From Podarcis muralis (Eukaryota), in contig NC_135667.1 in assembly GCF_964188315.1 (NCBI RefSeq), positions 17,236,001 through 17,300,000 of the forward strand: DNA of 64,000 nucleotides. The letters run 5' to 3'. Every line of letters begins with the position of its first letter. Within the stretch, counting starts at the first letter, position 1. The notes under the pieces are model-generated. The model was not told the DNA's origin and searched no databases. It was given only the letters and a program-made list of their open reading frames with translations. Position numbers and translations under genes: made by a program. This document shows positions 59,972 through 64,000 of this stretch, piece by piece.

Positions 59972-62959
59972 CTCCCATCCCTACTCTATTAGTCACGCCT
60001 TTTTAAGCTTTAAAAAGGGAAGCCAATATTTAAAATCTTGCTCATGCTAGCTGTACTGTTATCAAGGTCATTTCTATTCTCCATAGACAACACTACAAGA
60101 GGCAGGGGAAGAATGTGTAAACACCCGCTCTGAAAATAATCATCATCTCGTCCTCCCTTCCACTGATGTAGCTGGCACTGGCAGGCCACTCAAAATTGCA
60201 GCTGGTGGATAAGCAAGCAAACTTTGTTTTCCATTTTGCCCTCTGAAACATGTGAGAGAACCTACCCACTTAAAGCCCTTTCCCCCAGCTAATTTCCTCC
60301 CCCTAGTGCCACCAGAGATGAAGACAGTGTGTTCCAGGTCTGAAACCTGACTAGCATTGTAAAATATGGCGCCCTGTTTCGTGGAGGCCTTGCTGCCCAT
60401 CCAACAAGATTGCCTCTCTTCCCATCAAAGGCTCTCCCTCTCTCTCCCTCCGCAAACTGCATGTGAGCTGGAGAACTGGAGCCAAGCTTTTGCCTTGAAC
60501 TACCTCCAGGGCTGTCTTGTATGCCCAGGCCTCCAAGTTATCTTTGTTGCCATGGAGACCACCTTGAGCGCACAGTTGGGTTGTTACAAGCAGAATCTTT
60601 GTTAAGAAGGGCCTCAAGGCCTTGGCTGTCGTGAAGGCTGCAGAAGGATTAAATGGAAACACACTATCGCATCACTGTTTTCCTTTTTAGCCACGGGGAT
60701 ATGAAGCTCTTAAAAAAGAGAAACAAAATTATGGAAGCTGGGGTTTGGGATTCTCTCAGTGTAATACGCCATGCCAGTATTGTTTATGCCAGCTGGGTTT
60801 TTCCTCCCCTATGGGAGATAGCCCAAGACATCTGTTAAACCACTGGTCCAGTCCACGCCACATGGTGGCTGCTGGTTTGGATTATTTGGGGGTTTTTGTT
60901 TTGGGAAGCTAATGCCACCTTTAAAGATAGACAAATGGCCCTGTGGTGTTCCCTGTGAGGATGGAACTGACACCACGAGGACCTTTATCCACACAATATT
61001 GTCACTCAAAATGGCAGGCTGGCGGGGCTGCTTGGGAGGAGATTTGCTCACAAACACCCAGACCGACTATCTGTTATTTAATGGCACTGTGTTTGAGGTG
61101 AAGTGATATGGAAGTTCTGCCTGTGGTTGTTTGGCTCACTAATTCACACATGCAGAGTTGATGCTCCAGTCCTGAGATGATAAATAGGCATGTGTCAACC
61201 ACGCCTTAAAGAGACAAGAGTCTTAAGAGCTGGAGGTGAGGTTATCTGTACCTTTAGTACTCTCTCCCCCCCACCACCACATGCACAACAAAATCCAAAG
61301 AGAACCATTCAAATTAGAGCTATTTAAAACCTAAAGGTTCTGGTCTGTCCCTTTATTATACATTTATTGTATTTATAACTGTATTTTTATTTAAGAAATT
61401 ATGTAATCTGCCTTGAGGACCCAGTTTGGGGACTGAACGGTGGGATAAAAAAAACCCTTAAATAAACAGACTAAATAAAATTCCCCTCAGGTTTCCTGTG
61501 TTTCTGGATATGGAAGACTGAGTGTTGGTAATACACATATTTAATCTAAAAATAGCGGGGTCAGGGCTCCTTGCTAGATGCCATGCCTGCAGATGGTTTA
61601 CAAGCAGTTGGAATTTCACTGGGCCAAAATTACGTAATAGGCTATATAACTAGAATTTTTCTTTGGTGTTTTATCTCCCTGCTACTTTTTAGATAGTTAT
61701 CTTTCAGAGAAGGGATGCTTCCCCTCACAAGCATCAATGCATTTTTTTAAAAGTACCTCCTTACAATTTCCACATGCTCAAAGTGCTATCAGTAGTGCCA
61801 ATATTTTTAAGCAGAAAATTGGGCATCTCTCCTAACCTGAGATAATGGTCACAATTCAGGGAACAGTTCTGAGGATACAGTGACCGTGATTACCCAGGTT
61901 GAGGCTAACTGATAAGGTGGGCTCTATCTGTATCATACATAAATGTGAAGTGTAAGTTTCTGGAACTTACCAAACCTTTGTGGAGTCTCCAATGGAAATC
62001 TATTTAACAACTTTAAGGGCCAAAACTTCAAAACGTTTAGCATTGTGAGCCCTTCTTCCATTCTAGCACACAGTGGCACCTCTTAAAGTGAGGAGAGTAA
62101 AGTAGACTGAAATTTGCTGTTCTGTGTAATTAAGTCTGCTTTTCTGAGGATGGGGAAATAGTCTGCTCCTCCTTGGTCCTCCTCTGTGCACATTTGCAGC
62201 CCACACTTGGCAGTCAGTACTCATCAAACTGAAGTGGAGTTGATGTTTCAGAATGAAAAATCTGTTGGTTGAAGAATTTGACTCTCCAATTCACTTGCTT
62301 GAATGCTGATTGGTCATTGAGGGCATTAGATTTTATTTTTTTTAAAGAAGTAACTGAAGATTACATTCCTGATATACCTGTATTAAGCAGGATGTATCAC
62401 ACTGGTTCATTGTGTGCCTGTTGAAATGTTATTTCGTGTCAACTGTTGTGGCAAAAGCTCTTAAGGTGCCACAGGTCCTTTTGCTGTTGTTTTCCATGAA
62501 GTGCTCTTAGTAATTTGCAACACCATCCTAACCACGTGTTCTCAGAAGTCAGTCATATTGAATCCAATGGGGCTTACTGCCTGACAAGTTTCTATTTAGA
62601 AAGTACACAGACATTTACTTTAGAGCCAGTCATGCCCCACAATATTCATTTACTTAAAATATTTGTAGCTAAATCAAAAAACCCCAGGATGGTGTCCAGC
62701 AGTGTGAATAAAACCAATTCACGGGCAACATACAATTAAAAAACTCCAAGAAATAAACATAATAATATAACTCAGCAAGACAACAACAAATTAAAACTGC
62801 AACCCCATTATCCATCCTTCCTATCGCTCACCCCAATTCCTGTGCCATTTGCCGGTTGCCTGGCAGGCAGATATATGGCAAATACGCGGCTTCTCAGCGC
62901 TTCGCCTCCATGTCAGGAAAAGCTTTTTCCTGCTGGTGTTTTCTGCCTGTCAAGCAACC

Positions 62960-63800
62960 TGCTAAAGGCGGCGAGGCTATGCCAGAAAACACGCACACCA
63001 ACACCGGGCAAGCTGGCAACCCCAACCGGGCTGCAAGCAGCCGCTGCGGGGTCGCGCCGCGCGCTGAGAAGCGCCTTACGAGGCACTATTTCTGCATGGC
63101 ATTGAATTGCAGCAGCAAAGGGACACGGGGAGCGGGGAGGCGGCAGGATACGACGCTACCCCAGCAGCAAGGAAGGAGGGAGCCGAAGCCAGCTCGCGCG
63201 CAAAGGCCTCTGGGCCACGGAACGGAGGGAGGGGAGGTCAGAATGCGGAGAGGATTGTGGGTACGAGGGGAGGGCAGGAAACGGCCTTCTTCCTTGGGGA
63301 GGGAGGTTTCCGGTTCCGGCCGGGCCTGTGTGAGTTGCAGCCTGGCAGTGCCCCCCTCCACCCCCCACCCCAGTGGGACCAGAAACGCCCCCCGCGTCCG
63401 CTGGGGGCAAGGCGAGGGCCAGGGGGCTTCCCCCCAGCACCAATCCTGCCGCACAAGGAGCAGCCCCTGCCGGGGGCGCGGAGGAGGCTGGGGCAGCGCC
63501 ACACACCGGTGAGTGCGCCGTCCTGGAGCCAGCCCTGCTCGCCACCCCCCCCCCCCCGCTCGGCCGCATAGGTTGGGCCCCAGGGCCTCCCCGCTCCCTC
63601 GCTTGGGTTAACTTCCGTCCTGCCCCATGATTTGCCGCCCCCCGCACCGCCCGCCCGCCCGGCCACTGCGAACTCGGTTCGCCCCCCTCCCGCCCGGTTC
63701 GCCTGCGCGACCCGCTCCCTCCGCCCCCTCCCTCTTCTCCTTCTGCATCCAGTAGCCTCACAGCTGGCCCCCAACCAGAAAGCTGCGTTATGTCACTTTT
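62960..63800 (+). promoter_or_regulatory. CpG island with probable non-coding first exon of the next plus-strand gene (ZNF865 by human synteny; unverified)
   Basis: Very high GC/CpG; strong donor CCG|GTGAGT at 63508/63509. No coding exon of that gene in the window. Confidence 0.55.
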
Positions 63801-64000
63801 CTCCCTTCGCTCCCCTCCCCGCCAACTCATGCACATCCAACCTCACGCTGGAATTGTCATCCCATATATTGACTTTTATCTTTAACCTTATAACCTAGCA
63901 CGGATTACTGTTTCCTTCAAGCTTCTCGTGTATCCGCTGCTTTCCCCGTAGATGTAGTCACATTCCCACCCCATCCTGCATTTTACCTTGGTGGTCAACT

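Overview
Vertebrate (squamate, most likely lacertid lizard, judged from Sauria SINEs, Bov-B and Squam-type SINEs) euchromatic window, not prokaryotic. Protein-coding content: a canonical stem-loop histone H4 (3304-3615, -), FIZ1 (13653-15095, -, 11 C2H2 fingers), a complete multi-exon sacsin-like gene on the minus strand, and ZNF524 (55401-56525, +). A further CpG-island first exon lies at about 63.0-63.8 kb (possibly ZNF865, by human synteny). The sacsin-like gene has 7 coding exons that I could join in frame, 41220 to 22861, giving 4231 aa. It has three GHKL/HSP90-like SRR repeats, a J-domain with HPD and a C-terminal HEPN, but no N-terminal ubiquitin-like domain. Its CpG promoter carries a triple GAAA ISRE/IRF element, which makes an interferon-inducible, possibly antiviral sacsin paralogue the best candidate for an under-described system here. 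It sits between FIZ1 and ZNF524, which are head-to-head neighbours in human. Also present: two near-identical ERV LTRs (one solo with a 4-bp TSD, one preceded by a PPT and a short acidic tyrosine-motif ORF), many Tc1/pogo and hAT MITEs, SINEs, LINE fragments (L1, CR1, Bov-B), a perfect 156-bp palindrome and microsatellites. Comparisons with human genes are from memory; no database search was run.
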